From: the human T2T-CHM13v2.0 reference genome, Homo sapiens
Strand: one strand, 5' to 3'
NCBI RefSeq assembly: GCF_009914755.1
Contig: NC_060947.1
DNA: 64,000 nt
Shown here: positions 1-13,940 of the stretch, piece by piece
Numbering within the stretch: position 1 is the first letter of the stretch
How the letters are laid out: each line of letters opens with the position of its first letter
The notes under the pieces: generated by a model
The model's input: the letters and a program-made list of their open reading frames with translations, nothing else
What the model was told of the DNA's origin: nothing
The model's database searches: none
Position numbers and translations under genes: made by a program

Positions 1-257
1 AATATTGTAGATGAGTTACTTCATGCAAACATGCTGATTAGAAATGCCTAAAATATTGCATACAACATTTAAAAGATAAACTGATAATGCATGTCTAATA
101 AGATGAAAATGTCAGAGAAATCTGAGAAGCAGAAAAACCAGCAAGTACAAATGTAAATAAGAATACACAGGAAGGATGCTTAAAGCATTTGTTACTTTCA
201 TTCATTGAAGGCTGAGCAATCTCCAGACACCAATCCAAGGAACAATATTTGTTATGT

Positions 258-423
258 GTTTTTGTTTGTTTGTTTTAGTTTTTTGAGACAAGATCTCGCT
301 CCATCATCCAGGATGGGGTACAGTGGTGTGAACACGGCTCACTGCAGGCTCGATCTCCTGGACTCAAGCGATTCTCCTGCCTCAGCCTCCCAAAGTGCTG
401 GGATTACAGATGTGAGCCACTGC
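258..423 (-). mobile_element. Alu monomer (FRAM-like or internally deleted AluJ)
   Basis: T-rich tail, then ttttgagacaagatctcgct...ggctcactgcag...cctcagcctcccaaagtgctgggattacagatgtgagccac; single arm of about 165 bp. Confidence 0.85.
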
Positions 424-683
424 TGTGTGTTTTTTGATGCAGTTATACTGCACATAAAATTTCATCATACTCATATCCTCATTGTTCACCTAGTAATAAC
501 TTAGTTGTCTGAGTTCCAGTGTCTTTTAAAAGTGTCTTTTAAAAAACTTCTATACCCAAGTCCAGTTTCAACAGAAAATAATATCGTGGTCTACAATTTT
601 ATGTTCTTGGTATGGGACAGATATATTGTAATTTCATTTATCTTAATCACTTTGTTGAAATGTATTCTTTACTCAACATATAG

Positions 684-870
684 TTTTTTATTGTTTTCTT
701 TGTTTTGTATTGTTTTGTTTGATCTCAAAGTAAAATTCTTGTTCTTATAAAATCATGGCTCAATGCCACCAACGGCCAGGTAATGTTTGGAAGTTTGCAT
801 TGTCCTGTGAACCACCTGCCTCGGCCTCCCGAAGTGCTGTGATTGCAGGTGTGAGCCACCGTGCCCGGCC
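684..870 (-). mobile_element. Heavily deleted Alu (clear 5' end at about 808-870)
   Basis: ccacctgcctcggcctcccgaagtgctgtgattgcaggtgtgagccaccgtgcccggcc is the reverse complement of the Alu 5' end; T-rich tail at 684-720. Confidence 0.7.
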
Positions 871-3132
871 AATATTCTTCATTATAAATCCTAGCTCCAT
901 GTAATTTTGTCATTTCAATCAATTTATTAAGAACTTTTTAAATGCCATGTTTTTAGGACATAATGATTAGTTATATAAAAATGTTTTCTGAAGTCTTCTA
1001 TTTTTAGGCAACTTGAAGGAAACCATGATGAACAGATTTCTGTCTTTCTAAAGAGATCTAAAAATATTTAAAACGCTACTGATGTTACTTTATGGAGCAT
1101 ATCAAACTTATTTGGCCGTGACACTTTCTTTTTCTTTAATCATTCCGAAATATTTATAAAAGAGCTATTAGCAGAGGACACAATTAATGCTGATGCCAAA
1201 ATAATACACTCTATATTTCTAAAAAATTAAATCCTTATTTGACTTTTGCTTTTTAGCAGTGGCATCATTAGACCTTAGAAACACGAATATGATATGACAG
1301 CCCTTTCTGCAGCTGCAGGCAAACCCCTTAAACTTTTCTGAGACCACAGACGTAATTATTGTTCATCCTCAATCTCATTTTCCCTAGACTTAGCAATGTT
1401 CCTGTTCCTATAATTTTCAGTGAGGTGTTATTTTCTAATTTCCTAATCTGAAAGAATGTAATGGCTTGTGCTTGATGTCAGTTTTCTATTCAACATCAAA
1501 GTTCAACTCAAGGCCAAGTTCCATTCTATCAAGGACTCTTTCAGCATGCTTCTTTTTCTCCTTGGCAAATGGCTCACCATTTCATTGCTGTCTCTAGCAC
1601 CTCCCTTCACACAGAAGATAATCACCTGCAAAGTCTATAATTTCCAGGCTGACTCTTTAGAGCAAAGATGGGGATCAGTTAAGTGAAACATCTAAGAGCG
1701 AATGAACTCAAAGGAAAGGATCTTTAGAAAATTCCATCCATGTTGTGGTTGTTAATTAACCATTGATCACCCATCAAGTGCCTGGATGCATATCATTTCA
1801 GATAATTTCTACTCTGCAGGAAGGAACCTTAAATTGTTACTTTTGAAAGTAGAACAAATGTTTTTGTTCTTATAATTTGGTCAGATATTTCTGTAACACA
1901 TGCTGAGTAGAGAGGAAAGAGCAGGTGGCATTGTTTAGAAAGAGCTGATCAGGGATTAAGTGCTGCAAGGTTACAGTCAGAGCTTTTCATGTGCTGTCCA
2001 GGCAGACCACAGAGGATGACTTTATTACAGGAACGTCCCGCAGAGGGTCTCTGTTCTCTTTACAAGTTTGGCAATAAATTAGGCTGGACAGGGTACTTCC
2101 GGAGCAATCCCAGTTTATCAGCTTGCTCTGCGATTCTTTACTACCAGCTAAGCTCAGAGCATCTGTGAAAAACATCAGATGTCACCATTTGAAGCCCAGT
2201 TGATAAAGTTGATCTGATTTCCCCAACTCCAAAACCTGCCATTCATCATAAATGACATGGTTATTTTTTTCCTTCCATCAAATGTCACCAAATAAAACAT
2301 CACACTTAAAAGTCATTCATTCTATAAATGTAGAAAATATTTTATTCATAGGAACAGTTGAAAGGGTGCAAAGGCCCTTGGTTTTGATTTCACTGCATGC
2401 AAGACCTTTTGAATTTTAAATCAGTTCTGAATGGATCAAAATAGTAGATAAATTGATACTTACCCCAGCCACTAGGCTCTGGGGAAAATAAGAAAGGCTA
2501 CTGATCAACTACAGATTGGGGAGTTTATCAATTCATTGCTAAGTTAAGTCTGGCAGGGATGACAATGGTGATGAGAACAAATACTGAAGACATTGCTAAG
2601 TATTTTAGGAAATATCTTTTTCCCTGTCATCGGGCACCAGCAAGCTTGCCGATTTACTATCTGTAACTAATGAATGAAGCCTAAACTAGAGATGAAAATG
2701 AAATGCAAATCCATGTGCTTTGAATTTTGGGGGGCACTGATATTATAGATCCTTGGAGACCAAGGACAGAAAAGGTGAATTGAATATTATTTCCAACTGG
2801 CAAAAATAAAGAATCAATCAAACTGTATATGTAGTTATAATTGTCAATGCTTGCCAATCTAAGGGAAAATTAACAACTGATCATTTTGAAAATGACAGGC
2901 CTAGCCTATATATTTAGAATGTGAATACACCTTTTGTTCTTTTATATCTTTATTTTTTGGGAGAAGAGAGAGTCTTTATTTTTGTGATCGTCTACAAAAA
3001 GGCAAAAGTAGGGGATGGAGATAAGATTATAAATGAAGGAAGGATGATTTGTTCCCTATGGTCAGGGTGTTTTTTTTTTAATAAGGTGGTATTAAGAGTT
3101 GAAGATTATTCCAATGAGTCAAAAGGAAAGAC

Positions 3133-3462
<330 letters not shown>

Positions 3463-4382
3463 AAAAGGAAAGACAGAGGTTATGTTAGAAAGCAGCACTT
3501 TAGGCACAGAATGTGGAAAACAAAATTAGCCCCTACATTCAGCTCCTAGCGGGCTCTGCCGGGTCAGCCAATGTATGCTGAAATTAACAAAAATCTTGCC
3601 CCCTTTCTATATCACTATGCCAATCAATGTGAAGAATGAGCTAAAACAAAATGAAATATATGGTCATCCCAATAACAATGTGGGCCTTTATTTAAGGGAG
3701 TCATACATACACCTTTGCTTTTCAAGAGAGTATTTCATCAGATTTTCATTGGAATTGGATGGCTGCACAGAAGTCTATCTATGGGGAGCATGTGAAAACG
3801 GCTTTCACGGCTACTGTTAATGATCAGAGATAATTTTGATGAGGGACTACACAAGGATGAAAGTCTTTGATGCTAAGAAAATGTCTGCAGCGTCAGTTCT
3901 TAAGCACGGGATAAACCATCCACTGCATCTTTTCAAAACATTACCCTTCTCCTTAAGCATTCCTACCACACCACGGTCCATCTGACCATGGGCCTCAGGT
4001 GTCATATCTTATTACCCTGAGGAGAACCAGGATTCCTGATGAGAATTCTATAGAATAAAGGAATGAAAACCGTGAATCTACTTCTGTAGCTGCTCTTTCA
4101 GAGTTGTGGCCTTTTTAATAGTTGGATTCATTTTATATTTATATCTGTAGCACTGAGACCACTTGGTAAGCATACATATTTTTTATCACTGTCTTCAGTT
4201 GGTTCTCTTTCTAGACTGTGCGGCATTTTTAGAGGAAGCTCTGTAAGATCCTTATCCATTTTATAGCAAACAACCTAGCTGCTTTGACCTCATTCAATAG
4301 TTCATTCAGCAAGCATGTTTTCTGATTTTCCTACTTGCTTGGTACAGTATTTGCATTGAATGCAAACAATGACCTGGACAAA

Positions 4383-4764
4383 TGGACTAGGCCATTCTTG
4401 CGTGCTATAGAGGAATATCTGAGGCTGGGTAATATATAAAGAAAAGAGGTTTAATTGGCTCGCGGTTCTGCAGGCTGTATAGGAAGCAAGGAGTCTGCAA
4501 TTGTCCGGAGTCTGGGGAGGCCTCAGGGAGCTTTTACTCATGGTGAAAGGTGAAGTTGGAGCAGGGACATCACATGGCAAGAGCAGGAGCAAGAGATGGG
4601 GGAGAGGTGCCACACACTTTTAAACACTTTTAAACAACCAGACAGCACCAAGCTATGAGGAATCCACCCTTGTGACCCAAACAGCTCCCACCAGGCCCAT
4701 TCTCTAACATTGGGGATGACATTTCAGCATGAGATTTGAAGGGACAAAGATTCAAACTATATCA
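4383..4764 (-). mobile_element. MaLR solo LTR (MSTB-like)
   Basis: gaaaagaggtttaattggctc...ggggaggcctcagg...catgagatttg...aaactatatca; flanks acaaa/acaag (5-bp TSD, 1 mismatch). Confidence 0.9.
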
Positions 4765-5538
4765 ACAAGGGATCGTGGTTTGTAGATAATTTAGTTAAGC
4801 AAAGTTTGCTAAGGATAATGGCCTTCAGCTCCATCCATGTTCTGCAAAAGACGTGATTTCATTCCTTTTTATGGCTGCATGGTATTCCATGGTGTATATG
4901 TACCACATTTTCTTTATCCAGTATATCATTGATGGGCATTTAGGTTGATTCCATGTCTCTGCTATTGTAAACAGTGCTGCAATGAACATAATGCATGCAC
5001 ATGCCTTTATAATAGAACAATTCATACTCCTTTGGGTATATACCCAGTAATGAGATTGTTAGGTTGAATGGTATTTCTGTCTTTAGGTCTTTGAGGAATC
5101 ACCACATTGTCTTCCACAATGGTTGAACTAATTTAAACTCCCACCAAGAGTGTAACGTGTTCCTTTCTCTGCACAACCTCACCAGCATCTGTTATTTTTT
5201 GACTTTTTAGTAATAGCCATTCTGACTGGTGGGAGATGGTATCTCATTGTGGTTCTGATTTGCATTTCTCTAATGGTCAGTGATGTTAAGCTTTTTTTTA
5301 AATATGATTGTTGGCCATATGTATGCCTTCTTTTAAAAGTATCTGTTCATGTTCTTTGCCTACTCTTTAATGGGGTTGTTTGGTTTTTTTCTTTCTTATA
5401 AATTTGTTTCAGGTGCTGAATATAAGACCTTTGTCAGATGCACAGTTTGCAAAAATGTTCTCTCATTCTGTAGGTTGTCTTTTTATTCTGTTGATAGTTT
5501 CTTTTGCTGTGCAGAGGCTGTTTATTTTAATTAGATCC

Positions 5539-5914
5539 TGATATGATTTGACTGTGCCCCCACCCAAATCTCATCATGAATTGTAGTGCCCATAATCCCT
5601 ACGTGTTGTGGGAGTGACCTGGTGCAAGGTAATTGGATCATGGGGGCAGTTACCTCCATGCTGCTGTTCTTGTGAGAGTAAGTGACTTCTCACAGGATCT
5701 GATGGTTTTATAAGGGACTTTTCCTGCTTTACTTGGCACTTCTCCTTCCTGCTGCTATGTGAAGAAGGACATGTTTGCTTCCCCTTCTGCGATGATTTTA
5801 AGTTTTCTGAGACTTCCCAAGGCATGCTGAACTATGAGGCAATTAAACTCTTTCCTTTATAAATTACCCAGTCTTGAGCAGTTCTTCATAGCAGCGTGAC
5901 AATGGACTAATACA
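5539..5914 (+). mobile_element. THE1 (C/D-like) solo LTR inserted in L1
   Basis: tgatatgatttg...cccaaatctcat...aatggactaataca; perfect 5-bp TSD GATCC (5534-5538, 5915-5919). Confidence 0.95.
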
Positions 5915-6787
5915 GATCCCATTTGTCAATTTTTGCTTTTGTTGCAATTGCTTTTGACATCTTCATCATGAAATCTTTGCCCGTGCCTATGTCCTGAGTG
6001 GTATTGCCTAGGTTGTCTTCCAGGGTTTTTATAGTTTTGGGTTTACATTTAAGTCTTTAAAACATCTTGAGTTAATTTTTGGTATATGGTATAAGGAAGT
6101 GGTCCAGTTTTAATCTTGTGCATATGTCTAGCCAGTTCTCCCAGCACAATTTATAGAACAGGGAATTCTTTCCACATTGCTTGTTTTTGTGAGATTTTCA
6201 AAGATCAGATAGTTGTAGGAATGTGGTCTTATTTCTGGGTTCTCTATTCTGTTCCACTGGTCTATGTGTCTATTTTTGTACCAGTACCATGCCATTTTGG
6301 TTACTATAGGCTTGTAGTATAGTTTGACGGTGGGTAGCATGATGCCTCCAGCTTTGTTCTTTTTTCTTAGAGTGCCTTAGCTATTCAGGTTCTTTTTTGG
6401 TTCCATATGAATTTTTAAATACTATTTTTTATTTCTGTGAATAATGTCAATGGTAGTTTCATAGGAATAGTATTGAATCTGTAAATTGCTTGGGGCACTA
6501 CGGCAATTTTAGCAACACTGATTCTTTCTGTCCATGAGCATGGAACGTTTTCCCATTTGTTCGTGTCACCTCTGATTTCTTTGAGCAGTGGTTTGTAGTT
6601 CTCTTTGTAGAGATCTTTCACTACCCTAGTTAGCTGTATTTCTAGGGGTTTTTGTGGCAATTGTGAATGGGAGTTCATTCCTGATTTGGTTTGAGCTTGA
6701 CTGTTGTTGGTGTCTGGGAATGATAGCGATTTTTGCACATTGATTTTGCATCCTGAGACTTTGCTGAAGTTGTTCATCAGCTTAAAA

Positions 6788-6928
6788 CCCATTTATGCCT
6801 AGTGTTCCATTATTGGAACACTAAGCATGTGGGAGTTACTAATGTCCTAGTGCTCAAGGTCACCGCTAAGGTCTGATTTTTCACACATGTCTACAATTCA
6901 AAAAATTGCAACCTCCAGCATAAGTGGG
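6788..6928 (+). mobile_element. MER85 non-autonomous piggyBac (PGBD3-derived) MITE
   Basis: 141 bp; TIRs cccatttatgc / gcataagtggg; TTAA at 6782-6785 and 6929-6932; internal palindrome GTTCCATTATTGGAAC 6804-6819; L1 sequence resumes on both sides. Confidence 0.93.
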
Positions 6929-9452
6929 TTAAGAAGCTTTTGGGTTGAGACTATGGGGCTTTCTACATATATGATCTTGTCATCTGCAAACAGGGATAGT
7001 TTGACTTCTCTTCCTTTTTGGATGTCCTTTATTTCTTTCTCTTGCCTGATTGTCCTGGTCAGGACTTCCAAAACTATGTTGAATAGTAGTGGTGAGAGAG
7101 GGCATCCTTGTCTTGTGCCAGTTTTCAAGTTTAATGCTTCCAGTTTTTGCCCATTTAGTGAGACATTGGCTGTGGGTTTGTTATATATGGCTTTTATTAT
7201 TTTGGGTTATGTTTCTTCAATATTTCGTCTATTGAGAGTTTTTGACATGAATCGATATTAAATTTTGCTGAAGGTCTTTTCTGTGTCTATTGAGGTAATC
7301 ATGTGGTTTTTGTTTTTAGTTCTGTTTATGTGATGAATTGCACGTACTAATTTTTGTATGTTGACTCAACCTTGCATCCCAGGGATAAAGCCTACTTGAT
7401 CATGGTGGATAAGCTTTTTAATGTGCTGCTGGATTCAGTTTGCCAGTATTTTGCTGAGGACTTTTGCATCTATTTTCATCAAGGGTCTTGGCCTGAAGTT
7501 TTCTTTTCTTGTTGTATCTCTGCCAGGTTTTGGTATCAGGATGATGCTGACCTCATAGAATGAGTTATGGAAGAGTCCCTCTTCATCAATTTTTTGGAAT
7601 ATTTTACTAAGAATTGTGCCAGCTCTTCTTTGTATATCTGGTAGAATTCAGCTATGCATTTGTCTGGTCGTGGCCTTTTTTTTTTTTTTTATTGGTAGGC
7701 TATTTATAACTGTCTCTATTTTAAACAGGTAGTTTTGATGAATCCATTGCACAGCCAGGTGCCTCGTAGACAGTTTAGAATGTAGACTCGGGAAAATGAC
7801 ATTGTCTCCAGTTTCATATGTAGTTTTAGAGTCTTCAGAGGTGTTGAGAGAGACATAAAGTGAAAGAAAGATGGGGAGTGAACGTAGGATGAAGGTGCCT
7901 ATGAAGAAATAAGATAAGCACATCGTGGAAATTTAAGAGGAGCACAAAGTCATAAAAGATAAAAACTGAAAAATTCCCATTGGATTTATTTTTCATGAAA
8001 GAAGGGATTTCCTCCCTTTGGCAAGGCAAATTTTGATGGCATGCTGAGCGCAGATGTCAGACACCACGGGTTTGAGGAATGAAGGTAAGGTGCAGATGGA
8101 GATGGTAAATGAGGGTTCCTCTTTCACGAGGCTCTATACTAAAGGTGAGGAGGCATGGTGAGAAGCTCTTGGGGCACACATGTATTTTCCCTGCCATTCT
8201 CCTCTTTTCTCTATATTGACATTCCCCAATGGGAATCCTTTTCAAAACTCAGGGTGCCTCAAAACTTCTGTGTTTTTTTGTTTTTGTTTTTGTTTTCCTG
8301 ACGCTTTTCTGATGTTGAGTGCAAGAACTTAGTCTGTGGTTCCTTCTCCTCTGTCTGTCTCAACTAAACAATTGCAAAACCACTTATCCCTACCTGTAAT
8401 CTCAATGTCAAATCCAACAGCTGACCAGTTTATTGACAGCTCTTGCATATTTCATGTTAATTCAATACACATTTGATACAATTAATTAAATGGTAAATGC
8501 CTATGGGTGTAGAGTAATTTAAAGCTAGTAAAATACTCTCACAAATATTATCACATATTTTTGACTAGTCCAATTGGTGTCAATGATGAAGATATTTACT
8601 AATAACCTACATTTTACTATTGTCTGCGTTTAGTTTGCTTTGTCTCTGAGCCAATGTGACCCCTTATCTTATAGATAACATAACAGATGTTAATATAATA
8701 ATCAAATTATCTGTCAATAGGATTTTGAATGATTAAAAAGGAATTGGATTGTAAGATTTTCTCCAAAACATGCATCATGTTCATTATAACACACCTGATA
8801 TTTTACTTAAATATTTTTCAAGCCCAATTTATTATTGAAAATATTTGGGAGTTTTTGACATTGTTTTGCAGCAGAAGCCTATTAATATTAGTATATTTAC
8901 AGGAAGTTTAAAATAAAATCAAAATAACCATCTAAAAGAACTTTGCACATTATGTTTCAGAAACCATGAAAGAGATAAAACTAATTCATTTATACGTATT
9001 AGGCACAATAAAATCATATTAGAAGCAGAGCTCATTTATAATTTTATGTACAAAATAGCAAAACAACTAAATTCTGTTTCCTAACATTAATTGAACATCT
9101 ATTATGCCTGTAAAACATAGTGCTAGGAAATGAATGATATAAATGGTAAGTTCCTTTATTGATTCACAGTCATTATCTGCAATTGGAGACACTCAGTATC
9201 CCTACAAAACACATTTAATTACTTTCTGACTGCTTCAAAGTGTAGGTCTTAATAGAATTGCACTTACATTCTTCTCTGTTCTACCGTGAGATATATGTTG
9301 AATAGTGCAGTTCTTTAATGCTTTTATTTTATAGATTCACTACCATGATTCACTTTGGTATCTCAGGGTAGCTGAAGCTTATCAACATCTTTACTTGTGG
9401 GGTGTGACCTGTACTTCTTACCATGGGAGCATCATGAGAAACTAAGGGAAAT

Positions 9453-9765
<313 letters not shown>

Positions 9766-10311
9766 AAGGGAAATATCCAAGTGCAACTTTTCTCAAGACC
9801 TTCAACCAAGAGAAAGGTAACTGGGCAACATCACACACTACCCTTGGCAACTTAAGCATTTGTCCTGACAGGTGGCATGTCTCTGGGGACTCCAAACATA
9901 TCTCAGCATTTCAGTGAAATTACTTAATGTTTTTAAACTCATCTTAGATTCCCTGCATTATGTGACATCAATAATATTGTCTATTCTGAAAGCAACAGAG
10001 TGCATGCATGTATGCATTAAGTGTTCATAACCATGGGTAAGACCATTCTATCAAAAGACTGAGCATACATGTTACTGAGCATTTATTTATATAACAGAAC
10101 CATCAGCAACTTGAAAGTATAAGCTGTGTGAAGAGTCCTTAAGTCTCAGGACCTCAGCTGAGCTGTCAGGTATTGGAGTCATCAATTAAGACCACAAGAC
10201 AAAAGGAAAGCAACCGTCTGTTCCTTAATCACTGACTGCTTTAATATAAGCAAGAGGTAAACTGGAGAAAGTGCAAATTCGTCCATTCCATTCTTTTACA
10301 TGGAATAGTGC

Positions 10312-10324
10312 AGGTCAAAGGTCA
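10312..10324 (+). promoter_or_regulatory. Perfect DR1 nuclear receptor motif (function untested)
   Basis: AGGTCA-A-AGGTCA exact match. Confidence 0.5.
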
Positions 10325-10509
10325 AGTGGACAAACAGAGATGTGAGGGTTATAAGGGGTGGTCTCACTGCTAAGGGAGCCGCAAACGAAGGGCTTCTGTG
10401 GTTTTATGGACCTGGGGGTGGGCAGAGGGAGACAGGAGGGTAGTGGATAAGAGTGGAAAAGTCCTGTAGGCTGACTCAGAGTGGAGAAAGTGTCTTCAGT
10501 GTTCCCATC

Positions 10510-10874
10510 TGTATTAGTCCATTCTCATATTGCTATAAAGATACTACCAGAGACTGGGTTATTTATAAAGAAAAAAGATTCAATTAACTCACAGTTCCAC
10601 ATGGCTGGGGAGACATCAGGAAACTTACAATCATGGTGGAAGGCAAAAGGGAAGCAAGACACATCTTCCCACAGTGGCAGGAGAGAGCGAGAGTGCAGGG
10701 GAAACTGCCACTTATAAAACTTGTATCTCATGAGCACTCACTCGCTATCACGAGAACAACATGGGGGAACCTGTCCCCACGATCCAATCACCTCCCACCA
10801 GGTCCCTCTCTCAACACCTGCAGATTACAAATCAAGATGAGATTTGCATGGGGACACAGAGCCAAACTATATCA
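10510..10874 (-). mobile_element. MaLR solo LTR (THE1D/MSTA-like)
   Basis: tgtattagtccattctc...gagccaaactatatca; TSD ccatc/ccacc. Confidence 0.93.
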
Positions 10875-11217
10875 CCACCCTCTCTCATTAGAGAGGTCTT
10901 GGCTGAGGCATCCAGGGAAGACCACCACCAAGAGTCTCCAATGAAGAGGCTTCCACATGGAGTTACCTGGGCCAGGAATGTAGACATGCATCAAAACATG
11001 GCCATTTGGGGTCCCGAGGCCCTGCCTGCAGTGCTTCAGAGACTACACTGGCTGGGCACCACGCCTGGTGTGTGGAGGGCAGCTTCTCCAATGAAGCCCA
11101 GCAGGCAAACTTTTTGTAATCGCCTTTGGTAGGGCCTGAAAAATCACACATTGTTTTTCAGCCAGGAGCTGGACTCTTCACTTCAGAATTTGACAGACCA
11201 TAAAAGAAATGTGGCGA

Positions 11218-11546
11218 GGCTGGGTACAGTGGATTATGCCTGTAATCCCAGCACTTTGGAAGGCCAAGGCGAAAGGATCACTTGAGACCAGGAGTTTAAG
11301 ATCAGCCTAGGCAACAAAAGAAGAGCTCCATTTCTACAAAAAGAAAAAAGAACTATCCAGGTTTGGTGGTGGCACATGCCTATAGTCGCAGCTGCTTGGG
11401 AGTGTGAGGTTGGAGGATAGCTTGAGCCCAGGAGTTGGAGCCTACAGTAAGGATGATCATGACACTGAACTTCAGCCTAGGCAAAAGAGCAAGACTGTGT
11501 CTCTTAAACAATAAGAAAAATAAAATAAAACGAATTAAAAATAAAT
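11218..11546 (+). mobile_element. AluJ, full length
   Basis: Dimeric Alu with aggatagcttgagcccaggag; A-rich tail. Confidence 0.93.
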
Positions 11547-12113
11547 AAGAAAGTGGTTGCCATATTACAAGAGAGATGGCATAAGTTGTGAGACTGAAGA
11601 TGGTTCCATGTCTAGAAGCAACCCAGTTGTATTTAAGAGTAAACCACAAATAGGAATGCATAAGCACTGCATTACGTATGCCCTTAACTTATGTGAATTC
11701 AACGGTCCTTTCCTGTCAACAGGGAATGAACAAGGGAGAAATATAGATAAATAATTGAACAGGGCTCCAACAGGACATCCCAGCAAAAATCTGTCAGATG
11801 TCTCCTCTACTCATCTCAGTTCCAAAATGTCTTGCATAAGGGGCAAATCTTACTAGGTAGGAATGGGATTGTAATGTTCAAAGTTAGGCATTTTTCATAC
11901 AAGTTGACAATATGGGGGGGGAAATCTGTTTCCATTGAACTGAAGAAAATACAGAATATTTGTCTTCAACATGGGGATTCCTGGAGGATTGTCCAAGATA
12001 GGAAAAATCCTGATAGCATTTTCAGCTGTTTCTGCTGGTTTTCATTTTAGCCACAGACTTGAGAAAGTCACAATGCCAAATATACTAACTGCTTTTGAAA
12101 AATCAAGCTATAC

Positions 12114-13102
12114 TTTTGCACAGTAGAAGAAACTATCAACAGCATAAACAGACAACCCACAGAATGGTAGAAAATATTTGCGAACTGTTCATCTGACAAA
12201 GGTCTAATATCCAGAATCTATAAGGAACTTAAGCAAATTAACAAGTACAAAACAAAGAAAATCCATTAAAAGAATGGGCAAAGGACATGAACGGGCACTT
12301 CTCAAAAGAAGACATACACACCGCCAACAAGCATATGAAAAAAATGCGCAACATCACCAATCATTAGAGACGGGCAAGTCAAAACCACAATGAGATACCA
12401 TCTCACACTGATTCAAATGGGTATGATTTAAAAAAAGGAACAGATGTTGGCAAGGTTGTGGAGAAAAGGGAATGCTTATACACTGCTTGTTGGAAGGTAA
12501 ATTACTTCAGTACTGTGGAAAACAGTGTAGAAATTCCACAAAGAACTTAAAACAGAATTATCAGTTGACCCAACAATCTCATTACTGGGTATACATCCAA
12601 AGAAATAGAAATCATTCCACCACTAAGACACATGCATGCGTTATGTTCATTGAAACACTGTTACTAGAGGCCCATCAGTAGCAGAATGGATAAAGAAAAT
12701 GTGGTACATATACACCATGGAATACTATGCAACCATAAAAAAGAACAAAATCAAGCCCTTTGCAGTGACATGGATGCAGCTGGAGGCCATTAGCCTAAGC
12801 GAATTAACACAGGAACAGAAAAGCATATACTGCATGTTCTCACTTACAAGTGAAACTTATAAGTAGGAGCTTAAACATTGAGTACACATGGTCATAAGCA
12901 TGAGAACAACAGATGCCAAAGACCTACTCAAGGGTGGAGCAAGGGAGGAGGATGAGGACCTAAAGACTACCTGTCTGGTATTATGCGCACTACCTGGGTG
13001 GTGAAATAATCTGTACACCCAACCCCTGTGACAGCCAATTTACCCATATATCAATCCTGCACATATACCCCTGAACCTAAAATAAAAGTTGGAAAGAAGA
13101 AA
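12114..13102 (+). mobile_element. 5'-truncated L1 3' end (old L1PA/L1PB)
   Basis: catctgacaaaggtctaatatccagaatctataaggaac...gaaaatgtggtacatatacaccatggaatact...gaacctaaaataaaagtt. Confidence 0.95.
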
Positions 13103-13640
13103 CAAGCTCTAACAAGTGTAACTGACCATCATATAAGAAATATGTGTGGAAATGGTGGACTGTGCAGTAAGTTTGGAGTGTGTTCACATGTTTTCTCTCA
13201 CATTCACATGTGAGATCTTTGAGTTTCAATCTCTGGTCAAAACTTTTATCTCAAGTTATCTCAAAATTGAAAATTAATAAGATATGCTTTCATTCTGTGA
13301 TCAATATTTAGTCCTAGAAAAGCATATTCTTCTCTGGCAAGAATGAAACCCAGCATTCTCAGTCTTGCATTTGGAAAGAGAGATATTGTAAATTGTATTC
13401 AGCATGGAATATGTGGATACATTGTTATGTACATTACTATTCTGTTTAAACCTGTGAGGTATGTTGAAATAGCTTCTTATTCCGGTTGACAAGAATGTGG
13501 GTCTGAATATATATATATATAAATAAAATATATGCCCTATGAGCTACACATATACATATATATCAGGCATATATATGTACCTCATACGTATCTATACACA
13601 ATAGCAACATATAAATGTATATAACTCATATATACACACA

Positions 13641-13940
13641 CACAATAACAAAGACATGGAATCAAAGTAGATGCCCATAAATAGCAGACCAGATAAAGAA
13701 AATGTGGTATACATACACCATGGAATACTACACAGCTATAAAAAAAGAACAAAATCAAGTGCTTTGCAGTAACGTGGATGCAGTTGGAGGCCATGATCCT
13801 AAGGAATTAATGCAGGAACAGAAAACAGAAAACATGACATGTTCTCACTTATAAGTAGGAGCTAAACATTGAGTACACATGGTCATAAACATGGGAACAG
13901 TAGACACCAGGGCCTACTTGAGGATGGAGGGAGGGCAAAC
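13641..13940 (+). mobile_element. Internal L1 3' fragment without poly-A, embedded in (TA)/(CA) repeats
   Basis: aagaaaatgtggtatacatacaccatggaatactac...ggatgcagttggaggccat...catgttctcacttataag. Confidence 0.9.

Larger units (their letters stand above)
4811..7722 (-). mobile_element. Primate L1 fragment (3' half of ORF2 into 3'UTR), degenerate, interrupted by a THE1 LTR and MER85
   Basis: Minus-strand ORF remnants [30 protein letters not shown] (RT motif), [28 protein letters not shown]...WIKKMWYIYTMEY; many stops and frameshifts. Confidence 0.97.

Noticed and set aside
205-504. Alu-derived ORFs here and at 14805, 23948, 34837, 36107, 47311, 48153 and 62612
   Set aside because: Typical Alu translations ([14 protein letters not shown]); not genes.
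4825-7563. Reverse-transcriptase-like peptides as a possible active RT system
   Set aside because: Fragmented L1 ORF2 remnants with stops, frameshifts and two insertions; not functional.
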